This document shows, one piece after another, positions 37,260 to 47,821 of a DNA stretch of 64,000 nucleotides. Source of the stretch: Elusimicrobiota bacterium. Lineage in GTDB: Bacteria; Elusimicrobiota; Elusimicrobia; UBA1565; JACRDR01. The stretch's first letter is position 1. Each line of letters opens with the position of its first letter. The stretch is from the NCBI GenBank assembly GCA_041694815.1, contig JBGFSC010000045.1, positions 35,807 to 99,806 of the forward strand. The letters are read 5' to 3'. A program made the position numbers and the translations under genes. The notes beneath the pieces are model-generated. The model did no database searches. It was not told the DNA's origin and was given only the letters and a program-made list of their open reading frames with translations.

Positions 37260-37709
37260 ATGAATTATCGGAATGTATTTGTCGCGGTCGTCTCGTTGTT
37301 GATGTGTGGAGCACAGGTTTTCGCCAACCCCCATGAGTACGATGCCGATGACTATGATATTGGTAACGACTATGGGAGTTCTGTGGGAATGGGGGAATTG
37401 TGGGAGGAGCCTAGTAGACTCGGGCCCGCCAGCTCCCCGGGCAAGGCCTATTACCGAGGCGTTATGCTTCGAGATCTGACTCTAATGAAGTTGGAAAAGA
37501 GGCGGCTCGAGTCGACTCTCACGCTCCAGGAAAAGCAGTTACAGAAGCTTCGTTCCGTCCGGAAAAAAAGCCGTAATAATCTCAGCGAGTATTATGCTTG
37601 TAACGAGGAAATTAGGGACCTCCAGCGTGCTATTAAAAAGAATCGATACGCCCTCAAATTAACCAACCGCAGAATCGCCAAGAAAGAAAAAGAAGTTAGG
37701 CTCTTCTAG
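37260..37709 (+). CDS. Secreted coiled-coil hypothetical protein
   Basis: Signal peptide, acidic N-terminus and basic coiled-coil C-terminus; AT-richer than its surroundings. Confidence 0.65.
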   Translation: MNYRNVFVAVVSLLMCGAQVFANPHEYDADDYDIGNDYGSSVGMGELWEEPSRLGPASSPGKAYYRGVMLRDLTLMKLEKRRLESTLTLQEKQLQKLRSVRKKSRNNLSEYYACNEEIRDLQRAIKKNRYALKLTNRRIAKKEKEVRLF

Positions 37710-37710
37710 C

Positions 37711-38835
37711 GTGAAAGCGTTTTTGTGGGCTGCCTTTTGCCTTTGGTGTGCCTGTCCGGTGGCCGGTGAGCCGGATTCCGTTTTCGACGGAGCCCACGTT
37801 GCGCCGGAGGCGTCAGCCCCTGCGGCCCTGGCGACCCAGGAAGGGTTGCTTCCGAAATTCCCGCTGGAGCTCAAGGAACACGCCTTTGGTGGCCATTCGA
37901 TTGTCTATAGCCCGGATGGATCGAGATTGCTTACCCGCTCGGGCTATAGTTTCGTCGTTGAGTGGGATCCGAACACCCTTTTGCCGATCCGCACTTTTAA
38001 AATTCATGCTCCCGTTTATAGTGCCACCTATAGTGACGACGGCTCGAAAATCATCGCGGTAAGCGACGACTTTGCCGTTGTCTGGTCGGCGCGCAGCGGG
38101 CGGAAGCTGAAGACTCTTAAACATGAAGGCCTTCAGGGCGCGGCGTTGAGCCCTGACGGATCGCGGGCGGCTACCGGCGGCGCCGACGGCAAGGTTATTC
38201 TATGGAATACCCGCTCTGGCAAACCGTTGAAAACGCTGGAAGGAGCGGATCCCAAATATTGGTCCTATTCGGTCTCGTTTAGCCCGGATGGCTCGAAGCT
38301 CGCCGCGATCAACGAATCGAACGTATTGATATGGGATATCCGGACTGGAGAAATCGTGTGCAAGCTGGAAAATGGGCGAGGTCCAGGCTTTGTTCGCTTT
38401 AGCCCGGACGGTCGTTTCGCATTGACGCGCTCTTACAGCGTTGCGTTGCTATGGGACGCGAGAACGGGCGCCATGCTGCGGGCTTTCAAGGGCCATTCCG
38501 ATGACATTCAGGCCGGGGCCTTCAGCCCGGACGGCTCGAAGATCGCCACCGGTGGCGATGACGGGACCGTGATCCTCTGGGATGTGGCAAGCGGCAAGGC
38601 GCTCATGACCCTTGATGGGCAATCCATCGGGGTTACCGGAGTGGCCTTCAGTGCGGATGGGTCCCGGGTCGCGACGGCGACCAAGCATAAGACTGGAAAG
38701 ATCTGGCAGATCGCGTTGAACCCCAGTGAGATCGTCGGACTAGATAAGAAACTTTCTGAGCCCGTGAGGGGCGAACTCGATTCCGCGTTGGACGGCGAGA
38801 CCGCCGAGAAGCGCTATAAACTGTCCCGCAACTGA
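37711..38835 (+). CDS. Secreted WD40-repeat protein
   Basis: Signal peptide and repeated FSPDG...WD units. Confidence 0.85.
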   Translation: MKAFLWAAFCLWCACPVAGEPDSVFDGAHVAPEASAPAALATQEGLLPKFPLELKEHAFGGHSIVYSPDGSRLLTRSGYSFVVEWDPNTLLPIRTFKIHAPVYSATYSDDGSKIIAVSDDFAVVWSARSGRKLKTLKHEGLQGAALSPDGSRAATGGADGKVILWNTRSGKPLKTLEGADPKYWSYSVSFSPDGSKLAAINESNVLIWDIRTGEIVCKLENGRGPGFVRFSPDGRFALTRSYSVALLWDARTGAMLRAFKGHSDDIQAGAFSPDGSKIATGGDDGTVILWDVASGKALMTLDGQSIGVTGVAFSADGSRVATATKHKTGKIWQIALNPSEIVGLDKKLSEPVRGELDSALDGETAEKRYKLSRN

Positions 38836-38935
38836 TCCATCGTCTGTTTGGGGATAACTTCCGCGCCAGCGCGGAAGAATACGCAAATATCATGGAATAG
38901 CAGTATTTTTTCTTTCGAGTGCTGACGAGACAGCG

Positions 38936-39637
38936 CTAGCTAGAGGTTGGCTTTTCTTCGAGCAGCTTCTTTAGATGCACCTTGATGTCCTCGAATACTT
39001 CCTCGATGCCCTTGGAGGCGTCGACGATGGCGAACTTGTTCTGGGCGGCGATCGTGTCGAGGCGGTCGATAAGGCGTTTTTGGTACTCGCAGAAGCTGTC
39101 GAAGAGGCTGTCGCCCAGATGAAGGTCCATGCCCGACTCCCAGTAATCGAAGCCGGTGGAATGCAGGACGCGTGGGATCAGGGTCTCCAGGTCCGTTTTG
39201 AGATAAATACTCAGATCGGGCTTTAAGGCGATGCTGAAGATTCCCTCGAGCCATTCGGTGTCCATGCCGCGCACGGCCGCGCGCGCGATCAGCGAGTAGA
39301 TATAGCGGTCGGTGAGCACGACGAAGCCGGCCTTGAGCGCCGGGATCACCACGTTCTCGAGCCGGTCGACGAAATCCGTGGCGTAGAAGAGAGTCATGGT
39401 GGCGGGGCCGAGGGTATGCCCCTCCTTGGCCTCCTTGAGCCCGGCGCCCGTGAGCTGCGAGTCGGTCATCGCCGTATCGAGCACGGCCATGCCGTTGGAC
39501 TCCAGCCATAGCCGGATCAGCGAGATCTGCGTCGAGCGGCCGACGCCATCGGTGCCCTCGAGCACGATCAGCTTGCCCGTGAGCTCGTTTAGATCGAGTC
39601 GAAGAATCCCTTGACTGTAGGGCTTAAGTTCACCCAT
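38936..39637 (-). CDS. Thymidylate-kinase-like protein (degenerate P-loop)
   Basis: EGTDGVGRSTQ, DRYIYS. Confidence 0.8.
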   Translation of the reverse strand: MGELKPYSQGILRLDLNELTGKLIVLEGTDGVGRSTQISLIRLWLESNGMAVLDTAMTDSQLTGAGLKEAKEGHTLGPATMTLFYATDFVDRLENVVIPALKAGFVVLTDRYIYSLIARAAVRGMDTEWLEGIFSIALKPDLSIYLKTDLETLIPRVLHSTGFDYWESGMDLHLGDSLFDSFCEYQKRLIDRLDTIAAQNKFAIVDASKGIEEVFEDIKVHLKKLLEEKPTSS

Positions 39638-40317
39638 CTGCGCACCTTGGCCTTCTTGGCGTGCTCGAGCCGCTTCTGGATCTCGGCCCGCACGATGGCC
39701 TGCTGTTTGTGTATTGGCTGCGTGGCGTCGATGACCACGAAATCGAACTCGGAGATCATCTTCTCGTACTCCTTGAGAATGATCTCCTGGAAGCGGATGA
39801 AGGACTCCCGGATATCCTGCGACAGGCCCAGGTCCATGCCCGCCTCGTAGAACTTGAGTTGGCCGCGACCTCCGAGTATGCGCTGCACGGCGATCTCCAG
39901 GGGCACTTTAAAATAGAAGGCTACCGTGGGCTTGACGGCGAACTTGTAGAGGTTGCGCAGCCACACCGGGTCGCAACCGCGCGCGGCGTCGCGCGCGAAG
40001 GCGGTGTAGATGTAGCGGTCGCAGAGCACGATCGAGCCGGCCTGCAGCGGGGGGATGATCTCGCGTTCGACGCGGTCGGCGAAATCGGTGGCGTGCAGCA
40101 GGCTGAAGGTCGTCGGGGTGAACATCTGCTTTTCCTTGGCCGCCTTGGTCGTCGCCTTGACCAGCGGCGAGGAGTTCCAGTTGGACATGAGCGCGGAATA
40201 GCCCGACTGCATCAGCCATTGCTGCAGCAGCGAGAGCTGCGTGGATTTGCCGGAGCCGTCGATGCCCTCGACGACGAAGAGCCTTCCCGGGTAACGGTGC
40301 TCGCCGTAGGTCTTCAT
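39589..40317 (-). CDS. Thymidylate-kinase-like protein
   Basis: EGIDGSGKSTQ, DRYIYT. Confidence 0.82.
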   Translation of the reverse strand: MKTYGEHRYPGRLFVVEGIDGSGKSTQLSLLQQWLMQSGYSALMSNWNSSPLVKATTKAAKEKQMFTPTTFSLLHATDFADRVEREIIPPLQAGSIVLCDRYIYTAFARDAARGCDPVWLRNLYKFAVKPTVAFYFKVPLEIAVQRILGGRGQLKFYEAGMDLGLSQDIRESFIRFQEIILKEYEKMISEFDFVVIDATQPIHKQQAIVRAEIQKRLEHAKKAKVRRWVNLSPTVKGFFDSI

Positions 40318-40958
40318 TTCCAGCCGTCTTTCCTGTGATAGCGGCGCTTGGCCCGGACGCTGACGATGCGGCGTTCGGGAAGAATTACGGCCGTGAGCTT
40401 GCCGCCGTAGACGCAGCCGGTGTCCAATCCGATGGCGTTGTCACGAACGATGGGCTCGCGGTGCACCCAGTGGCCAAAGACGACGAGTCGTTTATCCTTA
40501 TACGACTCATACCAAGGAGTTTCGCGTCGGCCGATGCGGCGGATATTAGTAAGCTCCCAGGCCGATTGCCGTGAAATCGGCTCCGATGGGTCGAAGCCTC
40601 CATGCACCACGATGAAGTCTTTATAGGCGACGTAGATCGGCCACGAATCGATAAAACGCATATAGGTATCGTACTTGCGCCCCATCTGCCTCGCCGTCTC
40701 GAGGTCATATGGCTTCTCGTCGGGCGTTAGCCCCCTCTGCCAATGCTGCAGGAAACGGTACTCATGATTGCCCAGCACGCAGCTGAGGTTCCTCATGCGC
40801 ATGGCGCGCTCGAGAACCCCCTTGGTCGAGGGACCCTTGCAGATCAGATCACCCACGCTGATGATGCGATCCTCCGGCCTCGCGCGGACCTTCTTGAGCA
40901 ACGCCTCCAATTCACGCAGGCAGCCGTGCAGGTCGCCGAAGATGATGGTGCGGCCCAT
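40314..40958 (-). CDS. Calcineurin-like metallophosphoesterase (ApaH/PrpE-like)
   Basis: GDLHGC, VGDLICKGP, LGNHE, VHGG, FGHW, LDTGCVYGGKLTA. Confidence 0.88.
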   Translation of the reverse strand: MGRTIIFGDLHGCLRELEALLKKVRARPEDRIISVGDLICKGPSTKGVLERAMRMRNLSCVLGNHEYRFLQHWQRGLTPDEKPYDLETARQMGRKYDTYMRFIDSWPIYVAYKDFIVVHGGFDPSEPISRQSAWELTNIRRIGRRETPWYESYKDKRLVVFGHWVHREPIVRDNAIGLDTGCVYGGKLTAVILPERRIVSVRAKRRYHRKDGWK

Positions 40959-40980
40959 GCGATTCGCTGGGGGTTTCTAG

Positions 40981-41856
40981 TTACTGCGCCGCCGCGGGCT
41001 CGTATTTGGCGCTCTCGCGTAGCTCTTTTAAGTATACGGGCCACGTTTTCGTGACCTTCTCGGCTAGGAGCGCCTGCTTTATATCCTTTTCGACCTCTTT
41101 ATAGGAGGCCGCCTTCGCGGGCCGGATGCTCTCGACGAAAAAGAGATGCTGGTTGAGGCCGATCTTCACCGGACCTCCCGCCTCGCGGGCCTTGAGGGAG
41201 AACACAAGCTTCTCGATCTCGGGCAGGAGCACGCCGCGATTGATCAAGCCGAGATCGCCGCCCTTTTCCTTGGTCGCCGCGTTGAGCGAGGCGTGCTGGG
41301 CCAGCTTACCGAAATCCGCTCCGGCGCGGACGGCGAGGAGGAGATCATTGGCCTCCTTCTCCGAGGCGACTTCCAGCTGGCGCAAATGGACGGCCTCCGG
41401 GGCGCCCAGCCGGTCCTTGTTGGCGTTGAAGAATTCCCGGGCCTCGCCGTCGCTAACGGAGAGCCTTTTGGCCTTGATGACGAGATTTTCCCGCAAGGCC
41501 TGCGTCTGCAGCTGCGCGCGCAGCTGCTCGAGGCTCGAGCCCCCGGCGGCGAGCTGCGCGTTGAAGGTGGCGGCGTCCGGAAACTGCTGGCGGATCCGCG
41601 CCAGCCGCGCCTCCACCTGCTGGGAGTCTGCCGTTACCTTGAGGCGCTCGGCGGCCTGGCGGATGAGTATCTCGTCGGCCATCTCGTTGATGACGGTCGT
41701 GCCGTATTGTTTCCACGCGCGATCCTGGGCCTCGGCGCGCGAAATGGGCACGCCGTTGACCTTGACGAGCACGGGGCCGGGGCCCTCCGTGGCGGCTTGC
41801 GCGAAGCCCGCCAGGGGCAGACAGAAGGTTAGAAGCGCGGAACCAACGGGATGCAT
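40981..41856 (-). CDS. Exported parvulin-type peptidyl-prolyl isomerase (PrsA/SurA-like)
   Basis: Signal peptide, KVNGVPI, ADFGKLAQHAS...KGGDLG. Confidence 0.8.
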   Translation of the reverse strand: MHPVGSALLTFCLPLAGFAQAATEGPGPVLVKVNGVPISRAEAQDRAWKQYGTTVINEMADEILIRQAAERLKVTADSQQVEARLARIRQQFPDAATFNAQLAAGGSSLEQLRAQLQTQALRENLVIKAKRLSVSDGEAREFFNANKDRLGAPEAVHLRQLEVASEKEANDLLLAVRAGADFGKLAQHASLNAATKEKGGDLGLINRGVLLPEIEKLVFSLKAREAGGPVKIGLNQHLFFVESIRPAKAASYKEVEKDIKQALLAEKVTKTWPVYLKELRESAKYEPAAAQ

Positions 41857-41898
41857 GGGAATTCCTCCTCGAGCAAGGGTTTCCGGCACGATAGCATT

Positions 41899-42951
41899 TT
41901 AGGCTTTGAATTTCTTGCGGAGTAGGGCGGCGCGCAAGAAGTCGCGGTCGGCGGCCGAGAGCTCCTTTTGGGCCACCATCTGGATATGGGCCGGCTGGGC
42001 CAAGATAATGAGCTCGTTGAGCATCTCGAAGGAGGCCGGCACCTTCCAGCCGAGGCTTAAGGCCATGCGCAGATAGGAGAGATGCTGCATCGTCTCCTCG
42101 TAGGATATCCGCCGGGCGTGGCTCAGTATCCCCAGGGCCCGGTAGATCAAGTCCTCCACCTGTGTCTTCTGGGCGCCTTCGACGAGGGAACGGCGCAGAT
42201 CCATCTCCTTAGCGACCAGGCCTGAGACCGCCCGCGCGACCTTTTCAAGGAATTGGGCCTCGGAGAGGCCCATCGTCGTGGCGTTGGAAATCTGATAGAA
42301 GTCGCCTATCACCTTCGTGCCCTCGCCGTAGATTCCTCGCGCCGTCATCTGCAGGCGTCCGAGCCCTTCGAGCAGCGGGTTAATCTGGCCCGCCAGGGAG
42401 AGGGCTGGCAGATGGACGAGGGCGGAGAGGCGTAGGCCGGTGCCGGCGTTCGTCGGGCAGGCGGTCAGATGGCCCCAGCGCGGATCGGCGGCAAACTCCA
42501 GGCCCTGGGCCAGAGCCTCATCGAGCGCTTCGGCCTTTTGCCATAGCTCCTTGAGGCAGAGTCCTGAATCCACCGCCTGCAGGCGCAGGTGGTCCTCCTC
42601 ATTGACCATCACGCTCAGTACCTCTCGCTCCCCGACGATCACGGCGCGGTGCTTGGGCTCCGCGGCCAGGGCGTGGCTGATGAGCCGTCGCTCGATCAAG
42701 AACTGGCGTTCGATCGCCTCGAGCCCCTCGAGTTCCAAGAAAGCGGCGCCCTTGAATGGCGCCGCTTTGCGCGCCGCGCCGAAGACGCTTTGCAGCACCG
42801 CGGCGCAGGCCTTGGGAGAGGCGACGGAGGTGAAGGGCGCGCGCGAGAGATTGCGCGCCAGGCGCACGCGGGAGGAGAGCACGGTCTCGTGCTGCGGGCC
42901 CGTCGCCTGCGCCCACGCCATCCTCGTCCTGAGCATGTTCTGTAGCTGCAT
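41899..42951 (-). CDS. mcsB: Protein arginine kinase McsB
   Basis: SSRVRLARN, VNEEDHLR, LTACPTNAGTG, RGIYGEG, YQISN. Confidence 0.9.
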   Translation of the reverse strand: MQLQNMLRTRMAWAQATGPQHETVLSSRVRLARNLSRAPFTSVASPKACAAVLQSVFGAARKAAPFKGAAFLELEGLEAIERQFLIERRLISHALAAEPKHRAVIVGEREVLSVMVNEEDHLRLQAVDSGLCLKELWQKAEALDEALAQGLEFAADPRWGHLTACPTNAGTGLRLSALVHLPALSLAGQINPLLEGLGRLQMTARGIYGEGTKVIGDFYQISNATTMGLSEAQFLEKVARAVSGLVAKEMDLRRSLVEGAQKTQVEDLIYRALGILSHARRISYEETMQHLSYLRMALSLGWKVPASFEMLNELIILAQPAHIQMVAQKELSAADRDFLRAALLRKKFKA

Positions 42952-42958
42952 AAATGCG

Positions 42959-43456
42959 CTAGCCCTTGTAAGCCTGAAGGCGGTGAATTTTATCTCGAAG
43001 GGCCGCCGCCTCTTCGAAGCGTTCGCGTTCGACGGCGAGCTTAAGGGCCTCCTGGAGGCGCCGGAGTTCCTCCTGCTTGCGAGCCTCGTCCTTGGGCTCG
43101 CGCTTCTCCGAAGAAAGCCGGCCCTTGTGCCGGTCGGAGCCGTGGATGCGCTGCAGGAGCTCGGAAAGAGGGCCCTGGAAGGAATCATAGCAGCGAGCGC
43201 AGCCGAGCCGGCCGGTCTCCTGAAAGCGCGCGTAGCTCAGCCCGCAGCCCGCGCATTTGAGGCTCTGGGTTTCGTGCGGCCGGACGGGGCCGAGCCCGGC
43301 GAGGCCTCCCAAGAGCTGCAAGAAGGCATCCGCCGCCGGAAGCAGCGGCAGTTTCTGGGCGCATTCCGCGCACAGCGCCCGCTGCGTGACCTGGTTATTG
43401 ACGATCTGCTTGAGAAGGATCTCGGCTTGGTTCTGGTGGCACTCCGAACATATCAC
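42959..43456 (-). CDS. mcsA: McsA (Zn-binding, UVR domain)
   Basis: Four CxxC motifs, GRLGCARCY and UVR domain ERFEEAAALRDKI. Confidence 0.9.
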   Translation of the reverse strand: MICSECHQNQAEILLKQIVNNQVTQRALCAECAQKLPLLPAADAFLQLLGGLAGLGPVRPHETQSLKCAGCGLSYARFQETGRLGCARCYDSFQGPLSELLQRIHGSDRHKGRLSSEKREPKDEARKQEELRRLQEALKLAVERERFEEAAALRDKIHRLQAYKG

Positions 43457-43504
43457 TTGGCCCCCCCGCGGGGGGCCAAGTAGCTGGGGGGGTTCGTCCT
43501 TTTA

Positions 43505-44398
43505 TTAGGCCGTCGCCGAAGCTGTCTGATAAATTGGCGTACCATTCTTCGATGCGTAATCGCGGAAGAGCTCCATCACCTGCTTGGTGAGCGGCCCCGG
43601 TTCCCCCTTGCCGATCACGCGCCCGTCGATCCTGACGACCCCGATGACCTCCGCGCCCGTCCCCGTGACGAAGACCTCCTCGGCGCGGTAGAGTTCAAAG
43701 CAGGTGAATACCTCCTCGAGCACCTCCATCTTCAGGCGCTGGCGCGCCAGGCCGATGACGGCGTTGCGGGTCACGCCTTCGAGTATCCCGGCCCACACCG
43801 GCGGCGTGTAAAGCTTGCCGTCGCGCAGGAAGAAGACGTTGTCCCCCGAGCATTCCGCCACGTAGCCTTGCTGGTTGAGCATCAAGGCTTCGTGCGCCCC
43901 TGCGCGGGTCGCCTCGGCGCGCGCGAGGATGTTGTTGAGATAATTGAGGGATTTGATCGAAGGACTCAATTGATCGGGGGAGAGGCGGCGCAGGCTCGAG
44001 GTGACCACTTCGAGCCCCTTCTTGTAGACGGACTCGGGAAACAGCGCGATCTTGTCGGCGATGATGATGAGGCTTGCGCGCTTGCATTTGCGCATGTCGA
44101 GGCCCAGGTCGCCGACGCCGCGCGTCAGCAGCACGCGGATGTAGGCGTCCTTGAGCCCGTTGAGGCGTATGGTCTCGAGAATGGCGGCCTCCACCTCGGC
44201 GCGGGACCACGGTACGTCGAGGAGTATGCCCTTGGCGGAATTGAAGAGGCGGCCCAGGTGTTCGCGTAGGCAGAACACCTTGCCGTTGTAGGCGCGGATG
44301 CCCTCGAAGACCCCGTCCCCGTAGAGCAGGCCGTGGTCGAAGACGGAAACCCGGGCGTCCTCCTTGTCGTAGTGCTTGCCGTCGATGTAGATCTTCAT
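43505..44398 (-). CDS. ilvE: Branched-chain amino acid aminotransferase
   Basis: DHGLLYGDGVFEGIR, KSLNYLNN, ILEGVTR. Confidence 0.93.
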   Translation of the reverse strand: MKIYIDGKHYDKEDARVSVFDHGLLYGDGVFEGIRAYNGKVFCLREHLGRLFNSAKGILLDVPWSRAEVEAAILETIRLNGLKDAYIRVLLTRGVGDLGLDMRKCKRASLIIIADKIALFPESVYKKGLEVVTSSLRRLSPDQLSPSIKSLNYLNNILARAEATRAGAHEALMLNQQGYVAECSGDNVFFLRDGKLYTPPVWAGILEGVTRNAVIGLARQRLKMEVLEEVFTCFELYRAEEVFVTGTGAEVIGVVRIDGRVIGKGEPGPLTKQVMELFRDYASKNGTPIYQTASATA

Positions 44399-45099
44399 GA
44401 ACCCCCGTTCCCTATGCGGCCGTCGACGAGATGGACCGTCCTCGAGGCGAGACGGCAGGCCTCTTCGTTGTGCGTCACCACGACGACGGCGACGCCCGAG
44501 TCTCCCGCCAAATCCCTGAGGGTATTAAATACCAATTCTCCGTTCGGCCTGTCCAGGTTGCCCGTCGGCTCGTCGGCCAATATCGCCGCCGGTTCCAGGA
44601 GCATCGCCCGGGCGACGGCCGCCCTTTGGCGCTCGCCGCCCGAAAGCTGTTGGGGAAAGCGCTCCGCCAAATCCGCGATGCCTACGCGCTCGAGCAGCTC
44701 CCGGGCCCTTTTTTCGAGGCCTGGAAGGGCCGCCGTTTCCCGTCGGGCGATCCTGCCCGGCATCGCCACGTTCTCGAGCACCGTGAACTCGGGCAGCAGG
44801 GAATCGAATTGGAACACGAAGCCGAGGCTCGAGCGACGCCAGAAGGCCCTCTCCTCCTCGCCAGCGGCGCTCGAAGGCCGGCCGTGGAGGAACACCTCGC
44901 CGACCGAGGGCCGGTCCATGAGTCCCAACAGGTGCAGCAGTGTCGACTTTCCGGATCCGCTGGGGCCCAACACGGCGACGAATTCGCCCGCGCGGACGGA
45001 GAAGTCAACGCCCCTGAGCACAGCAAGCTCCCCGGCTCCCTGCCGGTAGCTCTTGCTCACGCCCTGAGCTTGCAGGATCGGCAGCGCCGGATCAGCCAT
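44395..45099 (-). CDS. lolD: Lipoprotein-release ABC transporter ATPase
   Basis: GPSGSGKST, LSGGERQR, ADEPTGNLD; follows lolC/E. Confidence 0.85.
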   Translation of the reverse strand: MADPALPILQAQGVSKSYRQGAGELAVLRGVDFSVRAGEFVAVLGPSGSGKSTLLHLLGLMDRPSVGEVFLHGRPSSAAGEEERAFWRRSSLGFVFQFDSLLPEFTVLENVAMPGRIARRETAALPGLEKRARELLERVGIADLAERFPQQLSGGERQRAAVARAMLLEPAAILADEPTGNLDRPNGELVFNTLRDLAGDSGVAVVVVTHNEEACRLASRTVHLVDGRIGNGGS

Positions 45100-46318
45100 A
45101 GCGGATCGCATCGACCGGGTCGCTGCGAGAGGCGCGCGAGGCGGGGTAAAGCGTCGCGGCCAAGGAAAGGAGCAGGCCGCTGACGCCGATGGCCGCAATG
45201 TCGCGCGGCTCGACGTGTACTGGCACTCGGGAGAGATAGTAGATGTCGGCCGGCAGCTCCACGATGGGAAAGCGCCAGATGAAAAAGCAGATGGCCAGGC
45301 CCAGCAGCGTGCCCAAGGCGGTTCCGAGCCCGCCGATGAGCAGGCCCTCCCACAGGAAGACGCGGTGGATGTCCGCCGGGGTCGCTCCCATCGCCTTGAG
45401 CAGGCCGATGTCCCGCAGTTTCTCGGTGCCCAGCACGATCAGGTTGGAGGCGATGTTGAAGGCCGCCACCAGCACGATCAGGGCGATGAGTAGGAACATC
45501 ACCGCCTTTTCCAGCTTGAGGGCGGCGAATAGGGTGCGGTTGAGTTGGCTGAAGGAGCGGACGTTGTACTCGAAACCCAGGACGGCCTGCAGGCGGCGGG
45601 CGGTCTCATCGGCCTTTCCGAGCTCCCGGACCCGCACCTCCATGCCCGAGGCCCCGCCCGGCAAACCGAGGAACGAGGCGGCCTCCGCGAGGTAGGCGTA
45701 GGCCGTTGCGCTGTCGTACTCGTAGTAGCCGGTACGCAGCAATCCGACGACCTTGAATTTTTTCATCTTCGGGATCATCCCGAGCGGTGTTTGCGCCCCC
45801 TGCGGCGAGATGAGGACCACCTCCTCGCCGCGCCAGACGCCAAGGTTCTGGGCCAGCTCCTCTCCCAGCACGATGCCCGGGGATGGGCCGTCACGGCGGA
45901 CGACCTTGGACCAGTCGCCCTGGGTCAGGGAGGCCCCTAGCTCGTTGACCTTGAAGGATTGCGCCGGGTCGAGGCCCTTGAGCACGACGCCGCTGGTGCG
46001 CCCCTGATAGGCGATGATCGCCTGTCCGAGGGCGAAGGGTGCGGCGGCCACGACTTCCTTTTGCCGGCCCAGCACGGAACGCAGTTGCTCGAGCCCCCCC
46101 TGTCCCATGTCGCCATAGACGACCACGTGGGCCTGGGCCCCGACGATCTTCTTCTGTATGTCGGCTTGGAAGCCGTTCATCACCGACAGCACGGCGATCA
46201 AGGCCGCTACGCCGGTGGCCACGCCCGCCACGCCGATGAGCGTCGTGATCCAGGTGAAGAGCCCCTGGCGCTTGGCCTTGAAGTAGCGCCAGGCGATGAA
46301 CAGTTCGAAGGGCATCAA
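45092..46318 (-). CDS. Lipoprotein-release ABC transporter permease LolC/E family
   Basis: VLSVMNGF, LKLEK, VAAFNI, YPASRAS. Confidence 0.88.
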   Translation of the reverse strand: MMPFELFIAWRYFKAKRQGLFTWITTLIGVAGVATGVAALIAVLSVMNGFQADIQKKIVGAQAHVVVYGDMGQGGLEQLRSVLGRQKEVVAAAPFALGQAIIAYQGRTSGVVLKGLDPAQSFKVNELGASLTQGDWSKVVRRDGPSPGIVLGEELAQNLGVWRGEEVVLISPQGAQTPLGMIPKMKKFKVVGLLRTGYYEYDSATAYAYLAEAASFLGLPGGASGMEVRVRELGKADETARRLQAVLGFEYNVRSFSQLNRTLFAALKLEKAVMFLLIALIVLVAAFNIASNLIVLGTEKLRDIGLLKAMGATPADIHRVFLWEGLLIGGLGTALGTLLGLAICFFIWRFPIVELPADIYYLSRVPVHVEPRDIAAIGVSGLLLSLAATLYPASRASRSDPVDAIRYG

Positions 46319-47817
46319 TCGGGCTTAAGGGTCGGGAATAGGATCACTTCGCGGATTGACGGGTGGCCGCAAAGGACCATGGCCACCCGGTCGACGCCGA
46401 TGCCGATGCCGCCGGTCGGTGGCATGCCGCACTCCATCGCCTGCACGAAGGCCTCGTCTAGGATGTCTGCCTCCTCGTCGCCCCCCGCGCGTTGGCGTAT
46501 CTGCTCCTGCAGGCGCTCGCGCTGATCGAGAGGGTCGTTGAGCTCCGTGTAGGCGTTGGCGATTTCCTCGGTGCCGATGAAGAACTCGAAGCGCTCCACT
46601 AGGGACTCGTCGCCGGGCTTGCACTTGGCTAGCGGGGTGATGGCCGTCGGGTGGTCCAGGACGAACGCGGGCTCCTGGAGCTCGCCGAGCAGGCGCGCAT
46701 CGAAGATTCTCTCGAACACCTTGGCGCTGGGGGTGGCGTCGGAGGCCTCCACGCCCAGTTTTTTGGCGAGCGAAAGCAGCCCGGACCGGTTGAACCCCTT
46801 GCCCTCGAGCACGTCGTGGATATCCGCGCCGCAGCGCTCTCGCCACAATTCGGGAAGGCTCAGGCGCCGGAAAGGAGGCTGAAGCGACAGGCGCCTGCCG
46901 CGGTACTCTACGGAGTCAATCCCCAGGGCGGCGCAGGCGTCGGCGAATACCCGCTCGACTAAGGCCGCCATGTCGTTGTAATCGCTGTAGGCGGCGTAGG
47001 CCTCCAGCATGGTGAACTCGGGGTTGTGACGGGTGTCGATGCCCTCGTTGCGGAAGATGCGCCCGATCTCGTAGACCTTCTCGAAGCCACCGATGATGAG
47101 ACGCTTGAGGTAGAGCTCGGTGGCGATGCGCAGGTAGAGCTCGGTGTCCAAGGCGCGGTGGAAGGTCTTAAACGGGGTGGCCGCCGCGCCTCCGGCTTGC
47201 GGCAGCAGGATCGGCGTCTCGACCTCCAGATAGCCAAGCGAGCGGAAGGTGGAGCGGATCGAATCGACGATGCGCGAGCGCGTCTCGAAGATATTGCGCA
47301 CCTCGGGGCTCGCGATGAGGTCGAGGTGCCGGCTCCGGTAGCGGAGCTCGGTGTCCTTGAGCCCGTGCCATTTCTCGGGAAGCGGGCGCAGGGCCTTGGC
47401 GAGCAGGCGCAGGCTTTTGACGGCCAAAGTCGGCTCGCCGGTCTTCGTCTTGAAGGCCTCACCTTGGATCCCTACGAAGTCTCCGACCTGCACGTCGTTC
47501 TTGAAGAACTCGAAGGCCTCCTCGCCCAGCGTGTCCTTGCGGACGTAGGCCTGGGCCCTGCCGGAGCCGTCCTGCAGGTGGAAGAAGGCGGCCTTGCCCA
47601 TCAGCCGCAGGGTGACCACGCGCCCCGCAACGGTCAATTCCTTGCCGCTGTGCTGCTCGGCGGCCAGCGCGGCGGCGGCCGCGAGTATGTCGGAAACCGG
47701 GTTTTTCCTGTCGAAGCGGTGGGGGAACGGGTCAAGGCCTCGGGCCTTGAGCTCGCGGACCTTGGCCGTCTTGAGGGCGATGATGCTCTCGACGGTGCCG
47801 GCGGTCTCGGGCGGCAT
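46315..47817 (-). CDS. lysS: Lysine--tRNA ligase (class II)
   Basis: [39 protein letters not shown]. Confidence 0.97.
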   Translation of the reverse strand: MPPETAGTVESIIALKTAKVRELKARGLDPFPHRFDRKNPVSDILAAAAALAAEQHSGKELTVAGRVVTLRLMGKAAFFHLQDGSGRAQAYVRKDTLGEEAFEFFKNDVQVGDFVGIQGEAFKTKTGEPTLAVKSLRLLAKALRPLPEKWHGLKDTELRYRSRHLDLIASPEVRNIFETRSRIVDSIRSTFRSLGYLEVETPILLPQAGGAAATPFKTFHRALDTELYLRIATELYLKRLIIGGFEKVYEIGRIFRNEGIDTRHNPEFTMLEAYAAYSDYNDMAALVERVFADACAALGIDSVEYRGRRLSLQPPFRRLSLPELWRERCGADIHDVLEGKGFNRSGLLSLAKKLGVEASDATPSAKVFERIFDARLLGELQEPAFVLDHPTAITPLAKCKPGDESLVERFEFFIGTEEIANAYTELNDPLDQRERLQEQIRQRAGGDEEADILDEAFVQAMECGMPPTGGIGIGVDRVAMVLCGHPSIREVILFPTLKPD

Positions 47818-47821
47818 GCGA

